A stretch of 64,000 nucleotides of DNA from Pelagomonas calceolata (taxonomy: Eukaryota). The stretch spans positions 1,674,001-1,738,000 of the forward strand of contig CAKKNE010000005.1 of the NCBI GenBank assembly GCA_918797485.1, written 5' to 3'. The position numbers and the translations under genes are program-made. Positions 1-13,225 of this stretch are shown piece by piece. The notes below the pieces were generated by a model. That model had not been told where the DNA came from, did not search any database, and saw only the letters and a list, made by a program, of their open reading frames with translations. Each line of letters starts with the position of its first letter. Position 1 is the stretch's first letter.

Positions 1-344
1 TGGCATCACGAGGTCCCCATTTCGTCGGCGCCAAGGGCGGCAGCGCCTTATATGGCGGCGCGTCGCGGCCGGGCCCGGGGGGCACCGTCACGGTAACTGC
101 AGCGGCCCGGCGGGTCACGCTGGCGGTACCGTGACCGTGACCCCGGCCCGGGGCCGGGGCCGTGACTCAGGTAGTACCGTGACTCAGGTCCAGCAAGACT
201 CAGACAACGTAGCCGAGATAGCGGACTGTCACGGTAATTTATCACGCCACGGTAATTTAATGTGCAATAATATGTAAGGGGCTACAAAGATACATATCGC
301 GGATACTTCGTTACATACTTTTCTTTTAGCTATCTTTCTCGATC

Positions 345-968
345 ATGGAGCTTAACGCTAGCCTGCCTGCACACCAGGGGCCACGGGCGCTCGCTCGGGC
401 TCGAGCAGCGCATATACTCTCGCAGAAGTTCGCGAACAGAGACCGCGTGAAGGCCAAATTGCTCGAGGACAAGGAAATATCTCGCTCCCAAGCTAGGGCT
501 GGACGCCAGGCAACACAACGGCGCTGGAAACTTAAGACACGACATTCGCCCTTTCTTGTCGATTTGGTGGCAGAGAATGAACGTCTTGACGAAGAGAATA
601 AGGTACGGCTTGCTGCTGAAGCGCATCAACTGAGACTTGTAGAAAAGCAAAGAGTGACTCTCAAGCATAAGGTTCTAGTGCGTGCACTGCGAGAAGAGTC
701 TGATCTCGATGCGCTACGCCGCGAAAAGCGCGCAATCGTTGATGAAGAGCGTCGCTTGAAGGCTCTTCTCGACCTTGAGAAAACGCAAACTCGCAGTAGG
801 CTTGACATGCGAGCTGCCCAGCGGGCAGAACGACAGCGTTGTACAGCAACGAACGACCTACGCCGTCGGAGCAACATTAATCGGCTCCAAAAACAGCAAC
901 TTTTGAACCTTGCATTGCTTCGTGCAACCACCGATGATGCTCCTGATAAATTCGATTTTACTTTCTAG
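345..968 (+). CDS. Hypothetical coiled-coil protein (207 aa, single exon)
   Basis: Clean ATG-to-stop ORF rich in E/R/K/L/A with heptad-like character (LRREKRAIVDEERRLKALLDLEK). No family recognised. Confidence 0.7.
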   Translation: MELNASLPAHQGPRALARARAAHILSQKFANRDRVKAKLLEDKEISRSQARAGRQATQRRWKLKTRHSPFLVDLVAENERLDEENKVRLAAEAHQLRLVEKQRVTLKHKVLVRALREESDLDALRREKRAIVDEERRLKALLDLEKTQTRSRLDMRAAQRAERQRCTATNDLRRRSNINRLQKQQLLNLALLRATTDDAPDKFDFTF

Positions 969-1682
969 ACGGCACCCTGATACTCGTCGGAATTGAATCA
1001 AACCACACTCGTCTGGGCGGATTCTCCACAGGGGGAATTTGCTACTGTCAAATAGAGAGGGACTTTTTTGTCCCTTAAGTTACATGGTACTAGTAGCATG
1101 CCAGAGTGACGAAAATATGAGCCATGACCGTCATTTTCGACTTGGATATGAAGTTGAGACTGCTATTGCCAGCACGAAGCCTAGGGTGCAATTTACGCAC
1201 TTGCGTTCTTTTTACGTGAGAAAGCGGCCCACCGTAAATTACGCCGTGTTTTAATCGTAATTTATGCGTGCTCTTGTTTAGTAAAACCCGCAGATATATA
1301 GCTAGAGTCTCTAAAATGGACTTGTTGTAGCCACGCAGATTGCCAAAAGCAGCCTGAGCACGAGCGTGATCTGCGTTCCGTGTAACTATGCTGCGCGCCC
1401 CACGCACGCGGTATAAGACGCCAGTACTACTCTCGGGCTGCCGGGCACCGCCTTCAGCGCCGAGTCGTCGACGAGGTAGCGACCTCAGGCTCCGAGTCGG
1501 TACTTTGTCCGAGTCTAGCGGCCCGGGGCCACCACTGGCAGGGGACTGGCAACCACGGGCCGGAGGCCCTCCGAAACATCAAGTTACACCAGAATCCACT
1601 TTACCCTCCAGTATTACCCCACTTACTTCCGCACTTACACTACCTAGGTAGTACTTTCTTACACATTTAAAATTAAGCGGGC

Positions 1683-4600
1683 ATGAGTTTGCTCGTGCCC
1701 CAGACCTTCTGGGATCGCCTTTCCCTCTTACATGATTCCCTGGCAACCGGCGAATGTTGGAATGACGTTGACTCAATCGCAGTTCCAATTGACCCCCCCT
1801 CCGAGGACGCTGCATTCACAAAGTCCTCGGCATTCTTCATTCATCTTTTCGGTCTAGAACTGCACGACTCCTTAGCAATGCTTTGCAAAGGCGCACTTCA
1901 CGTCCTGGCTACGGACGAGAAGTGTGCAATGCTTAAGGCCCTACAGGAAGAAGGCCAATCAGCAGGGCTTAAGTTCCAACTTCACAGGTTTGACTTACCA
2001 CACTACTCACAACTGCTTGGAAAATTTGGGCCTAGGGTCTGCAAGGATAACCACGAATCAACACATGCAATACTAGCAAAGTTGGTGAAGAGCCAAGCTG
2101 GCAGGAAAATCGGATGTCTAGAGAAGATACAATTTCAAAGCACACTTGCTCTTGCTTTGAATAAGGCAATTCAGTCTGCCCGTGCCTGTATCGATAATCG
2201 AAATTTAGAATGTTTGCAAGCCGATACTAACAGGATGAAAATAGGCCGGCGCAGAATGTATCGATGTGACTTCTGTACTTGGTATGGCACTAAGTGTCAA
2301 AGATGGTCACGCACTGGCCACTTTTCGGAAGGCAGCAGTAGTAACACATAAAATTCTCAAGCACAGCTTTGTGAGGCTACTGGAGGACGCCTTCGATCAA
2401 GCTAAGTCCATAACGCATGAAGAGATTGCAACACATGTTGACGAATGCTGCGAGCACCCATCTAAAGTTAACATTAAATCCCCACAGGGTCACTACGAGT
2501 CATGCTATTTCCCGATTGTACAGGTGCGATTGGTTTTAAAATACGAAAAGCATACACCTATAAACATAGAGTGGTGGCAAGTATGACATCCGACCCAGTG
2601 CATCCACAAATGGCGAAACGCTTTCCGATGACGTGATCATCATATCACTAGGAGTGCGGTACAATTTTCATTGTGCTAACATGGCTCGGACATTCTTTGT
2701 TGACCCGGTAGATGTTGTCACTTAGACGATACCCTAGCAGACCCAATAGGTAGAGAGTGTTAGACTTAATTATAGCATATTGTTGGAACTTCGTCGTGAA
2801 TGTCTGGCGGTCATGCTTGCTGGCCGATGTGTTGGATCAGTTGCAGAAACGGCTAACCGTTTTATCCGCCAAAGATGCCCTCACCTGCTTAAGTTCCTGC
2901 CTAAGGTAAAATTTCATTTTAATTTATTTTATTTTTTTGATGATATGCTAGAATTTTGGATTTGGCCTTGGTTTGGACTTTCGTGAATCTTCACTGATAA
3001 TGAACGCGAAGAACCAACGCAAATTTGCACAAAATATGGTTTTCAATCTTGCAATTGGTTTCCATGACCTAGAGCTGACTGATATGCAGAAAGCGGACGC
3101 ACAGGGCTCCATAAGGAAACTTTCCAAATATTCCATGCTGATTGCGGACACTGTCCTAATTCAGGTTGGTTGCACCGGTTACTTGCATATTTTTTTGAAT
3201 CACAATATATTTAGTCTGGCGACGAGCCCCCCGATATTGTAACCAAGCACTCCGTGGAATGGAAAGATGTTTCCTATTTCATTAACGAGAAGAATGATAA
3301 AGACATCATGCCACCTCAAGGTATCTTTATATTATGATGACTTCTTGACAATATAACTCTCAGGAAAACACTACACGCCCGAACAAGTTTTCGCCCCAGT
3401 TCATTGCTTCGATGATATCTTGCAAAGATCCAAGGGCTTGTAGGTTGAAAGTCAGAGTGCAATAATGAGCAGTCGTCTTCGCGAACGTAGTAAAGCTTGT
3501 GCTCCTGATCGCAGTAGCCTTGCTCGCAATGAGAAGCAAGCTGAGCTTATGCAACAAAAGCTGTCCGTAAAGAGAAGCGAAAAAAGTAGTGCGTGGAGTC
3601 AACAAGGCCAATTATCTTCACGAGCTGATATTCTGGAAGTTGATGTGTATCAGCACAGGCCCGTGCACTAAGAATTAGTTGCAGTGGCATTAGCCCAGCC
3701 CTAAAATAGTCTCTTTTGAATAGGTCTGCTGGGGAGTATCCAAGAGACCTCCCTTCAAGTGAGGTCTACGTAGATATGCAAGGTCAGGTGCTGTTTGCCC
3801 CGATCAATGGCTCACAAGTGCCATTTCACATAAGCATGATCAAGAACGCGGTTCAACCCGATCCAGACCGGACTGCAACGTGATTTTTTGCCTCCCTTGC
3901 ACACTAGATAATAGCAATATTTCTAGGTACCTTCGCTTAAATTTCTTTACTCCTGGACAGACAGCTTCTAAGGATATAGCACCAGCCACGTCAAAATTGA
4001 TTGAGCAGCACGGTCATAATTCTATGTTCATCAAAGAGATGCTATATCGCAGCCGGGAGTCACAGCGACTGACAGCTGCTCATCGTATGATTCAGGAGCT
4101 GCGAAAGCGCTTCAGACAGCACGCGGCAAAAGCGGCTGAGGAAGCTGATCTTATCCCCCAGGAAAAGCTGGTAAGCTTTTGTTGCTGCCACCCGTCACCA
4201 GATAGCTTTCTGCAGGTGAAAATGCGTGATCAACGAATTCCACGCATGGCCGACCTTACAATGCGCCCCTTTATAAGCGGAAAGAAAACAACGGGAACAC
4301 TTGAAGCACACACCAATGGTTTACGTTTCACATCAAAGAAGCACGAAATTGTTGACATCATGTACGGCAACATTAAACACAGTCTATTTCAGGTGTGTGG
4401 GATTTACTAATTTTATGTTGAACAGTAATATAGCCGTGCGAGAACGAAGTCATGGTGCTCATTCACTTCTACCTTAAGAACCCTGTCTTGGTTGGAAGAA
4501 AAAAGTCACAGAACGTCCAGTTTCTCACTGAGGCAAGTAGTCCGGTGGCAAATCGGGAACGATTCCTAGCTCCATGATTTAGGTTGTCGATGCCTCAGTA

Positions 4601-5675
4601 GCACTTGACAGTGCTCGCCGGTCAATGTATGACCCCGACGAACTCGATGAAGAGCAACGTGAACGACAGTTGCGAAAGAAGCTCAATGAAATGTACCTGA
4701 TTGAATTTCATTTTTTGGTGGACTCATGTTTTCGACGCAGGTTCAAGGAATTCTGCAAGAAGATGGAGCGAGTTGCAAAACATCATCGCTTTCATCTCGA
4801 GTATCACGAGAGTACCAAGATATCTTCGCAGAATATCAGTCAAATTAGGTTTGACATACCATATCGAGACCTTGGCTTCCATGGCGTTCCCAATCGAGAG
4901 ATGGTGTTGATTCAACCAACAGTTCGTTGTCTAGTAAACCTCACTGAAACGCCATTTTTTCTTGTTGAGCTCGATCGTGTTCCCAATCAGAGTGGTCAAT
5001 TTTGATTACTAGGAGTGTGATATTATACATCACACTTTCTTTTTTATAATAGGTTGAGCATATTCATTTTGAGAGATGCACCTTTCGATCAAAGAATTTC
5101 GACATGATCATAATCCTGCAGAATTTTGATGTTTTGCCACTATCCATCAATGCGGTGCCCATGAATGAATTAGATGCAATTCAAGAGTGGCTTACCGATT
5201 GCTCTATTACTTACACCGCTAGTCTCCGCGTGTGACCTGTTTGGTCACATTTAATTTAGAATATTAATAATAAAGGCTGGTCAAGCAAGTATGTCGTGGA
5301 AAAGTGTGATGAACCTTGTAAAAGGAGATCCTCGTTTTTATGAAGAGACTGATGAGCATGGTGAGTCAAAACCGGCTGGTTGGCAGTTCCTTCAGGCCGA
5401 TGACAATCATGACGGGAATGAAGAGGAAGATGATGGCGATGAAGATTATAGTGCTGGCGACGATGATGATGAGGATGAGGATGAGGAGGACGAGGACGAG
5501 GAGGAAGATGACGAAGAAGATGTTAACGGAGATGATGATGAGGTAGGAGTGTAGCTACTTTTTCCTTAAGCTTTTTATCTAGGATGATGATGCTTTGGAC
5601 TGGTAGTGTATACTGTTGCTTATGTGAAAAGTAGCGCATCTTTTTAGGGACGCAATGGAAGCATCCGCGCAGTAG
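1683..5675 (+). CDS. SPT16: FACT complex subunit SPT16, about 18 short introns
   Basis: Spliced translation gives SPT16 motifs: YFPIVQ|SGGKYDIRPSA, IISLGVRY..CANMARTFFVDP, FGFGLGLDFRE, VPFHISMIKN, YLRLNFFTPG, GTLEAHTNGLRFTS, YDPDELDEEQRER, FDIPYRDLGFHGVP, VEHIHFER, plus an acidic C-terminus. The final exon/stop (5673-5675) is less certain. Confidence 0.96.
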
Positions 5676-6220
5676 CCCAAGAGCCTGCCTATGGTAGCAT
5701 ATATCCCTCTAGTTTACATTTTCATTCTGGTCACACAGACGAACTTTGTAGTAAAGCCACGACATGATACTGGCGCTGGGGTGGCCAACTCTTCTTTGGC
5801 CTCAGCCTATTATTGACTGCAGGTCCCGGTGGATACAGAGGTATGGAGGACTTCCAGTAGGCCTATGCATACCCCTGGCGGAAATTTCCTGTTATACCTG
5901 CAAGTGGAACGGGAGAAATAGGTCGTAATGTGGGTTCTATGATAAGCCTAACTTGAAGGGGTCCTAGTCGATGTGATATTAAGGTTGGTCATGGTTTGGG
6001 CATTTAAGAATTTGACTTACCGGCTCCAGCCAGCAAGAGGTTGCTCTTACTGGCAAGACGAACAGAGCTAGGGGCGTCAACGTGAAGTAAAACCGCCGTG
6101 TGCCCTTTGGAGGGTCCTTGGGGGTTTCATGCGCCATCCAAGTCCCTTCTGTTCCTAGTGGCTTTATCCTAGTATCTATCAGTTTCCAAGCTGCCGCGGC
6201 ACGTCCGATCCGACGAGACG

Positions 6221-7421
6221 GGAAGACAGGGAGACAGTAAGAGATTTTAGCTAAAAATAGCTAAAAATCCCTGGGGGAGGGGGGTCGTTGCCACTAAGAC
6301 AGTGAGACACGAAGACAGTAAGACGCGGTCCTCAGGTTCTGAGCAAAAGAAGGCTGCCCAACACCATTGACAGGCGTAGGGAGTCGTTGCCGCCTCCAGG
6401 ACGTGTCGTTGGTCCAAATCGCTCGCGTGCCGGGCAGCGCGGCCGGCGGCCGCTGCGAGAACGGCTGGCGTCGACGACGACTGCGTTGCGCGACTCAAAC
6501 CGATGGCGCGGCGTGTCGTCGAGAGCGCTCCGCTGCGCGGCCGCGACGCGTGCGCGCGGTTGCGCGTTTTTGCTATCGACGAGTTGACCGGACGCGACTC
6601 GTACGAAGCGCGGCGCGCCGAAGGCAGCAAAAAGTCGACGCGGCTCTAAAGCGTCGCAGCGCATTTATGACGTGTGTGTCGGGAACGCTCGGCCAGAGCA
6701 CTAGCCACGGGGACGGGCGCGACGACGCGCCAATATGCAAAAACGTGTCCGCCAAGTTTTTGGGTGGTCGTACCCTAACACCCACCCAACCCCCCGAATA
6801 ACCCTGCCACGTGTGCTTAACCCGGCTTGGGGGGGCGCTGTCCCCACCCCCCAAACCACCCCAGCCTTCACGTTCGCCCCGACGTGCGTAGCCGCGATCA
6901 TTCGAAGGCGACGAGCGTCCGGTACTACCTTGCTGAAGGGACGCGCGCGAGCACGCCACTCTCCGGCGGGCGACGGGCGATCGCCCCTTGACTTTCTTGA
7001 ACGCTGCCTTCGGCGCGGGTTCGGCGCGCCGCGCTTCGTACGAGTCGCGTCCGGTCAACTCGTCGATAGCAAAAACGCGCAACCGCGCGCACGCGTCGCG
7101 GCCGCGCAGCGGAGCGCTCTCGACGACACGCCGCGCCATCGGTTTGAGTCGCGCAACGCAGTCGTCGTCGACGCCAGCCGTTCTCGCAGCGGCCGCCGGC
7201 CGCGCTGCCCGGCACGCGAGCGATTTGGACCAACGACACGTCCTGGAGGCGGCAACGACTCCCTACGCCTGTCAATGGTGTTGGGCAGCCTTCTTTTGCT
7301 CAGAACCTGAGGACCGCGTCTTACTGTCTTCGTGTCTCACTGTCTTAGTGGCAACGACCCCCCTCCCCCAGGGATTTTTAGCTATTTTTAGCTAAAATCT
7401 CTTACTGTCTCCCTGTCTTCC
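6221..7421. repeat. Long inverted repeat (fold-back): ~400-bp arms 6221-6628 and 7003-7421 around a ~375-bp spacer
   Basis: Arms read as reverse complements (ggaagacagggagacagtaagagattttagctaaaaatag... vs ...ctatttttagctaaaatctcttactgtctccctgtcttcc). Mirrored ORFs in the six-frame track confirm this. A partial extra copy of the outer end lies at ~7459-7510. Confidence 0.95.
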
Positions 7422-7920
7422 TGTCTTGTGCGAAAGCCAATCCTGGGGGCCCCGGCATATTTTAGCTATTTTTAGCTAAAATCTCTTACTGTCTCCCTGT
7501 CTTACTGTCTTAGGGGAATCCCACCCTGGGGGCCCTGGCCGCGATTTTGCCTATGTTGCCGTCAATGACCCGCTGTGACCCGCCTTTTGGCCTATGTTGC
7601 CGTCAATGACCCGCTTCTCCTGTCTTACCAGCAAGAGTAAAACAAATTTCTACCTTGGTTTAGGTCCCATAGTGGGGTTGAATTCGATTCGGAAAAGGTA
7701 CTAGCGATCTCTTGAAAAACCACGGCCCGGGGATGTGACGCGTAGATGCCGGCGCAGCGAGCAGGGGATATCAATCTACATTAGTGCATAGCGTTGTTCG
7801 AGAGCGTTGAATATCGTAGAGTCGGGTAAATGCCAACCTAGAGCTTACTGCAAACTTGAACTTTTACGTAAGTACTTCCTCCGAGTCCACCTACTTGGCG
7901 CGTCCCGAAGACGTCCAAAA

Positions 7921-8565
7921 GCGTCGGGAAGATCCCAGCAGAAGTAGGAGTAAGTTTGTGGAGCCTGAGGTCTGAGAGGGGTCCGTGGCTACCTATGACT
8001 ACCCTTACTTCAACTTGAGGTTGACGTCACTGGAAGTTGAAGCCGAGATACTACGGAGAGCTAAAACCCGCGCGGTAGGGGGGCTGTAGTCTTGGAGGGC
8101 CCGCGCGCGGTGACGGGGGTGGTGCGGGTTTTCCTTGCACCAGAGAGTGCCCCCAACCCCCCACCCGCGCTGGTATCCTATGATAATACGCCTAGCGTCC
8201 TAAAGACCGCTCTCGGACGAGTTCGACTCCCCGCGGTCGGCGTCGCGGGCCATAAGTCCCTTCCACTGGCGCGGCGCGTCGGCGCGTCATTTTGTCGATA
8301 GGTGCCCAAGCGGCCCAAGCGTACTCTCCCGACCGGCCGCGGGTTGACATGTGGCGACGGATAGCTGGTGGACTCCTGGAGGTGCATCGTTGTTTGCGTT
8401 GGTCACGCGCTTCTCTACTAGCAATTTGGAGATCTGTTCGCAGTCGCGCGCCGATTTAGGGCCTTCGCAGAGCACCAGCTTTTGGGCACTCGCAGACCGC
8501 CGAGGCGGCTAGCTTTCGACGCGCGCTCTTTACGCCAGGCGACGCGCGCTCTTTACGCCAGGCGC
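7921..8565. repeat. Dispersed repeat family A (degenerate); other pieces at 22251-22362, 22372-22549 (inverted) and 23771-23866
   Basis: Shared blocks: gtccgtggctacctatgactacc; gggttgacatgtggcgacggatagct vs agctgtccgttgccacatgtcaacc; gcagagca..agcttt..ctcgcagaccgccgag. Confidence 0.85.
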
Positions 8566-8991
8566 GGACGAGTTCCTAGGACCTCCACACGCGCTGGGGG
8601 CACAAATGCGCCTCCGCGCTAGCCGCAGAGCGCCCCCAAACCCCACGCGTCAAGTAGGAGGACCCGGACTAGTACTTCAAACGTGTCCCCCCGTTACCTC
8701 GCTAGGGAGGCGGCCAATCGCCGTATATGAAAGGACTGGAGAATGGGGGGGGCGCCGACTTGGGAGTGCCTCGTACATACAGTCGTCCTCTGCGACGGCT
8801 CCCGGCAACCCCGGCACCGCTGAACATGCAAACGGCCTCAGGGACTCACCAGCTATTGTCGGCGGGTTTCAGCTTCGTCACGACCATAGAAATACTGGCG
8901 AGTTAGACGATAAAATTCCCAAGGCCCGGAGATGAGTTGTGGTTGATCCTTACGCCAAATATATACCCAGGCCTTGACGCAGCAGCACGGC

Positions 8992-10679
8992 TCAATCAGA
9001 CACCTTGGTTTGCTGGGCTGCTCCGGTGTCCTTTTTAGGGTTTGCACCAGGGAGAGAAGGGAATGCATCGTCCACGGCAGAGAGATCAGCGGCATTAAAA
9101 CCTTTGACCTTGATACCTCGAACCGATGTCTTGGATGTCGGCGCACTGCTCTTTTCATTAAAATCACCGTGGTCACGCCTGGATGTCTTCTGCTTCGCTT
9201 CATCAGCTCTCTGCTTATCACGGAGAGAGGGAACCTTGCCACGAGGTAATGTGCAGAACCAGGTCTTTTTCTCCTGCAACTTTTTAACGGTGTCAGAAAC
9301 ACCATTGATTGTGGATGGTGGTTCCAATTCAAGCAAGGCAAACATCTCAATTGTTTCAGGTACTAGCATAATTTTCTCATTTATCTTCAGGCCACCTTTC
9401 TTCTTGCCACGACCTTTCTTTTTTCCAGTTGTTTTATTAAGACTCAGGTAGTCATCTTCGTGATCACGCCCTGCATTCTTGCCTGAGAGTACAAGGCCTT
9501 CGAACTCGCCTGCTAGCGAGATGTCGGCCTCGTCGGAATTGATCTGGGAATCATGGTTTACATGTTTTCCATACGTTGTCTCTAAGTAATTTGAGAGATA
9601 CTCACAAAGTTCCATTTCTTCCTCGTAGGGCACCCGCTTCAATTCCTCCGCTTCAGCTTCTTGTTGGCGTTTCTCTAGCTCTGCCTTGCGAGCTTCATCT
9701 TCGGCTTTTCGAGCTTCATTCCTAACGCGTCGGACCTCGCGCTGGTGTGCACCTGAGTTCAATAATAACTACGTGATAAATTGGCGCTCAACACGCTGAG
9801 TCCTGCGAAACTCATTCTCTAAAGTGCGAAATTCAGCGCGAAGGGCCTTGATAGTCTCTACCTTGGCTTGCTTTTCCTTTCTCAAGGCATCCTTGTCCTT
9901 GAAGAGGGCTGGAAGCACGGCCCGGCGTTCTGAGTTGGCCTCATTCAGTGAATCCAATATTTGTTTTTGTTCCTCGATTTTTTTCTTTAGAACATCGAGT
10001 TCTGCATTCTTAGCTGATAGATGCTCTGATATCGATTGGGAGCTCTTTCGTTCTGAGGAAATTGAGTCGTTGTTCGCAGCGAGATGTGAGACTAATTTCT
10101 TGGACTGCTTTAATTGGTCGATTTCCTTTAGCAACACTTTCTCGTCTTTAAGCGACATCGATGTCGTCGCCTGTCGCTTCTCTAAGGATGCAATCTTCTT
10201 CTCTATGTCCTCTGGTGAGGTATATTTGAGCTCCGCACGAAGTGACCGTCCCGCCTAAGTCATTTCAACTTAAATGTAATTGATTCCTGGCACATACAGT
10301 AATTTTCGAATCTAAGGATGCTTTCGCTGACTTCTGGAGAGTAGCAATTTCTGCACGATCGCGCATGATAGCATCTTTTCGTTCACGAAGAGACTTCATA
10401 GTTGCTCGCGCCTCTCTCAGCTCTTCAGACTGATTTCCTCCGGAGCACTTGGCCTCAGATATCTTAGCGTCGACTTCTGACAAGCGCTCATTAAAATCCT
10501 GCACTTCGTCGTTGAGGGCAACAATCTTCGCATCAAATTCACTTTTATTGGGGCCTGCAAACAGTAGATCAGCATCGATAGAGTAGTTTAGCCTCACGCG
10601 CGACTGGCTTCGCTGATTCCACCCTGGGTGGAATTTCATTGGCGGTTGCGCGACCGTCTTCAGCCGCCCCAGGCGGCAT
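8992..10679 (-). CDS. BFR1/proton-pump-interactor-like coiled-coil protein, 3 introns
   Basis: Exons join as MPPGAAEDG..KPVAR|PNKSEFDAKI..SKIT|AGRSLRAELKYTSPEDIEKKIASLEKRQATTSMSLKDEKVLLKEIDQLK..PYEEEMELCEYLSNYL..GKKKGRGKKKG..FALLELEPPST. This layout resembles Bfr1-type proteins. Confidence 0.7.
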
Positions 10680-11762
10680 AATCGCGAGGTTGGCGATCTT
10701 GGCTTGGACACCAGGTAGGAGGCAGGACACCAGGTAGACAGACAGTAGCGCTAGCGCGACGCACGCGTCCAACATCGCAACCGCGGTCCAACTTTGCCTC
10801 TTTCAGGCTTACCTTATTAGGCACTCAGGCTTACATCGCTCAAACTCAGGCTTACATCGACCACCCCCTGGGCCGGGCCTGGCCCCTTATCTGACATTCT
10901 TAAGAAAAGGCCGAGTTCATCCGTAAAGACCCGCACCGGCCCGCGTGTAAGTTGCTATGGCCGCGCGCTTCGGCAGTGTCGTATACTCAAACGCAGGTGC
11001 ATGCTCAGTGACTGGGGCTGCTCGACTCGAAGCGCCTGGAGATGCGGAATACTCTGCCTTTTCAGCACTTTAAAATACGCGCCTCTCGCCGAGATCCGGC
11101 GACAGGCGCATCATGGAATCTAACGAAGATTTCCTGCGTTGTGGATGAGACGCGCGTCCACTCAACCAGTATTTTCGTCTTGATTCGCCTGTCACGGTCT
11201 CAAATTTGCATTTGCCCCGGACAGTCGTCGCTGCGACAGGAAGGTCCGTGGTAACACCCCAAGTCATTTGCGCGTACTACGGATACTTTGGAGTGATGCT
11301 AGGGTAAGTTTAGGGGCGGTTTTCGCGGCGCGCAGCCTGCTCAGGCTGGTTTCGGACGGTATCAGGTACTAGGCCCGGGCCGGGCCTGGCCCGAGGGTTC
11401 CATTGGGCTCCCGCGTAGGCCTCGGCGGTCAGATACAGATTCTTGTGGGACCGCGGCCTACGCGGAGCCACTGGCAGCGCTGGCACGGCAGGACCTTTCC
11501 GGGGCGCTCGTCTTCGACTTCAAGTTGCCAGTGAATTGGCGGACTCGATAGCGGAGCCCACTCAGGTTCCCCGGCCCGGGACCCCCGGTTGCGCAGGAAC
11601 TTGGAAGTTGGAGACGAGCGGTACTTCCGTTGCTTACCACTGCAGTTGTCGTGGCCGCGCTAGCGAAAAGTAACTCCATCCGCAGCTCGCCTTCCAAAGA
11701 GCCCATGCTATCTCTTGACTTAGCCTTAGGTCTAGTATTCTAGTACGTTCGACGAGTTGAAG

Positions 11763-13225
11763 ATGGCACCGTCTTTGCGTCTGCTGTTGGCGCCGCTGCT
11801 TGGCACGAACGCACTACAGGGTGTAGCCACCAACAAGCACCTAAGGTACGGCCACCAGCCTTTTCTTGTATTCAAAGTCACAATAACATGATGGCAGGCC
11901 GACTGTCGCTTCAGTGGCGACAAACGATGACGTTCCTTATCCGCGCCCTCGTGATGCGAGATTACATTCCAAACTTTAGGTGTTTACCGAAACTATTACA
12001 AGCAAAGAAGCAGGCAGTAACTGGGAGACAAAGTATCGAGTGCTCACTCCAACTACCTTGGACGTAAAAAATGAAGAGTACACTCGTTTCGATAAATACA
12101 AGTCAAAGTACATGGGTCGATATAATAGCGTCGATCAATCGAAGACAGATATGAGCTATGCAGACTTCGGCGCGTTGGTGACAGCTCAAGAGTACTCCTT
12201 CAAAAATGGAGACATCTTGACAGGGACTGTTGTGCAGTATGATGGTCCCCAGAAGGCGCTGGTCGAGGTTGGAGCTAAAACAGCAGCAGTCTTGCCCCTT
12301 CGGGAGGCAACAATTTCACCTTTGGGGGATGGGGAAACAATATCTAGCTTTGTCGATGTGGGTGAGCAGTACGAGTTCCAAATCGTGTCGGATTCGCGTG
12401 ATGACGGACAAGTCACAGTCTCCATCAAGAAAATCATGTATGCAAAAGCATGGCAAAAACTGAGTGAACAGTATGCAGACGACCCTGTCTTTGAGGCAGA
12501 GATATTTCAAGTGAACCGCGGAGGTGCAATTGTCCTGGTAGAAGGCTTGCGTGCTTTTCTTCCAGGCTCGCATATAATGGGCACTGGAGGGGCGTCCGAG
12601 GCGATGGTTGGCAAGCGAATTCCTCTCAAGTTCCTAGAAGTCAATGAAGCGGCCAACAAGCTAGTCGTCAGCAATCGCCGAGCGGTAATAGAGCATTCGA
12701 TGGCTTCAATAAAGCGCGGTGACGTTTACGACGGTATCATCACAGCGGTTAAGCCCTATGGCGCTTTTGTTGAAATCATGGGCATGTCAGGGTTACTGCA
12801 CATATCACAAATTTCTTATGATCGTGTTGAGAATCTCGAAGCCACCCTAGCCGCCGGCATGGCCATCAAATGCATGGTGATTGACCACGATAAAGCCGCT
12901 GGTCGGATTGCTCTTTCGACAAAGACCCTCGAACCAGAGCCTGGTGACATGCTCCGCGACCCTGAGCGCGCATGTTACTGCGTTCTGACAAAAAGTGATG
13001 GTACCTGAAGCTACAACTCCATATACATAGGTATTTGCCCTCGCAGATGAAACCGCTGCAAAATACCACGTGAGCCAGTTTGAAATTACACACAACATCA
13101 CATTCATTCGCAACTCGCAGGCCCGCGTTGAGGCTGAAAAGTTGGCTCGCGAGCAGGCTGCTAAAGAAATGGTCCTCGGCCTTGGCGACTCGCTAGGGTC
13201 TTTAGAAGTCGCTGAGGAGGCTTAA
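11763..13225 (+). CDS. RPS1: Plastid 30S ribosomal protein S1, nucleus-encoded, 4 introns
   Basis: Three S1 domains (GDILTGTVV..ALVEVGAKTAAVLP; VNRGGAIVLVEGLRAFLPGSH; VKPYGAFVEI.GMSGLLHISQISYDRV..IALSTKTLEPEPGDML) and a hydrophobic presequence MAPSLRLLLAPLLGTNA. Confidence 0.93.

Noticed and set aside
3364..3465. In-frame TAG in SPT16 suggesting readthrough or a pseudogene
   Set aside because: The TAG is the acceptor of a 57-nt GT-AG intron (3387-3443).
5440..5545. GAY/GAR triplet repeats
   Set aside because: They encode the normal acidic tail of SPT16.
6247..7395. Overlapping R/A-rich ORFs on both strands
   Set aside because: By-products of the GC-rich inverted repeat, with no protein-like features.
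8518..8563. 23-bp tandem duplication (similar short ones at ~15508, ~44323 and ~10824)
   Set aside because: Ordinary local slippage duplications with no further structure.
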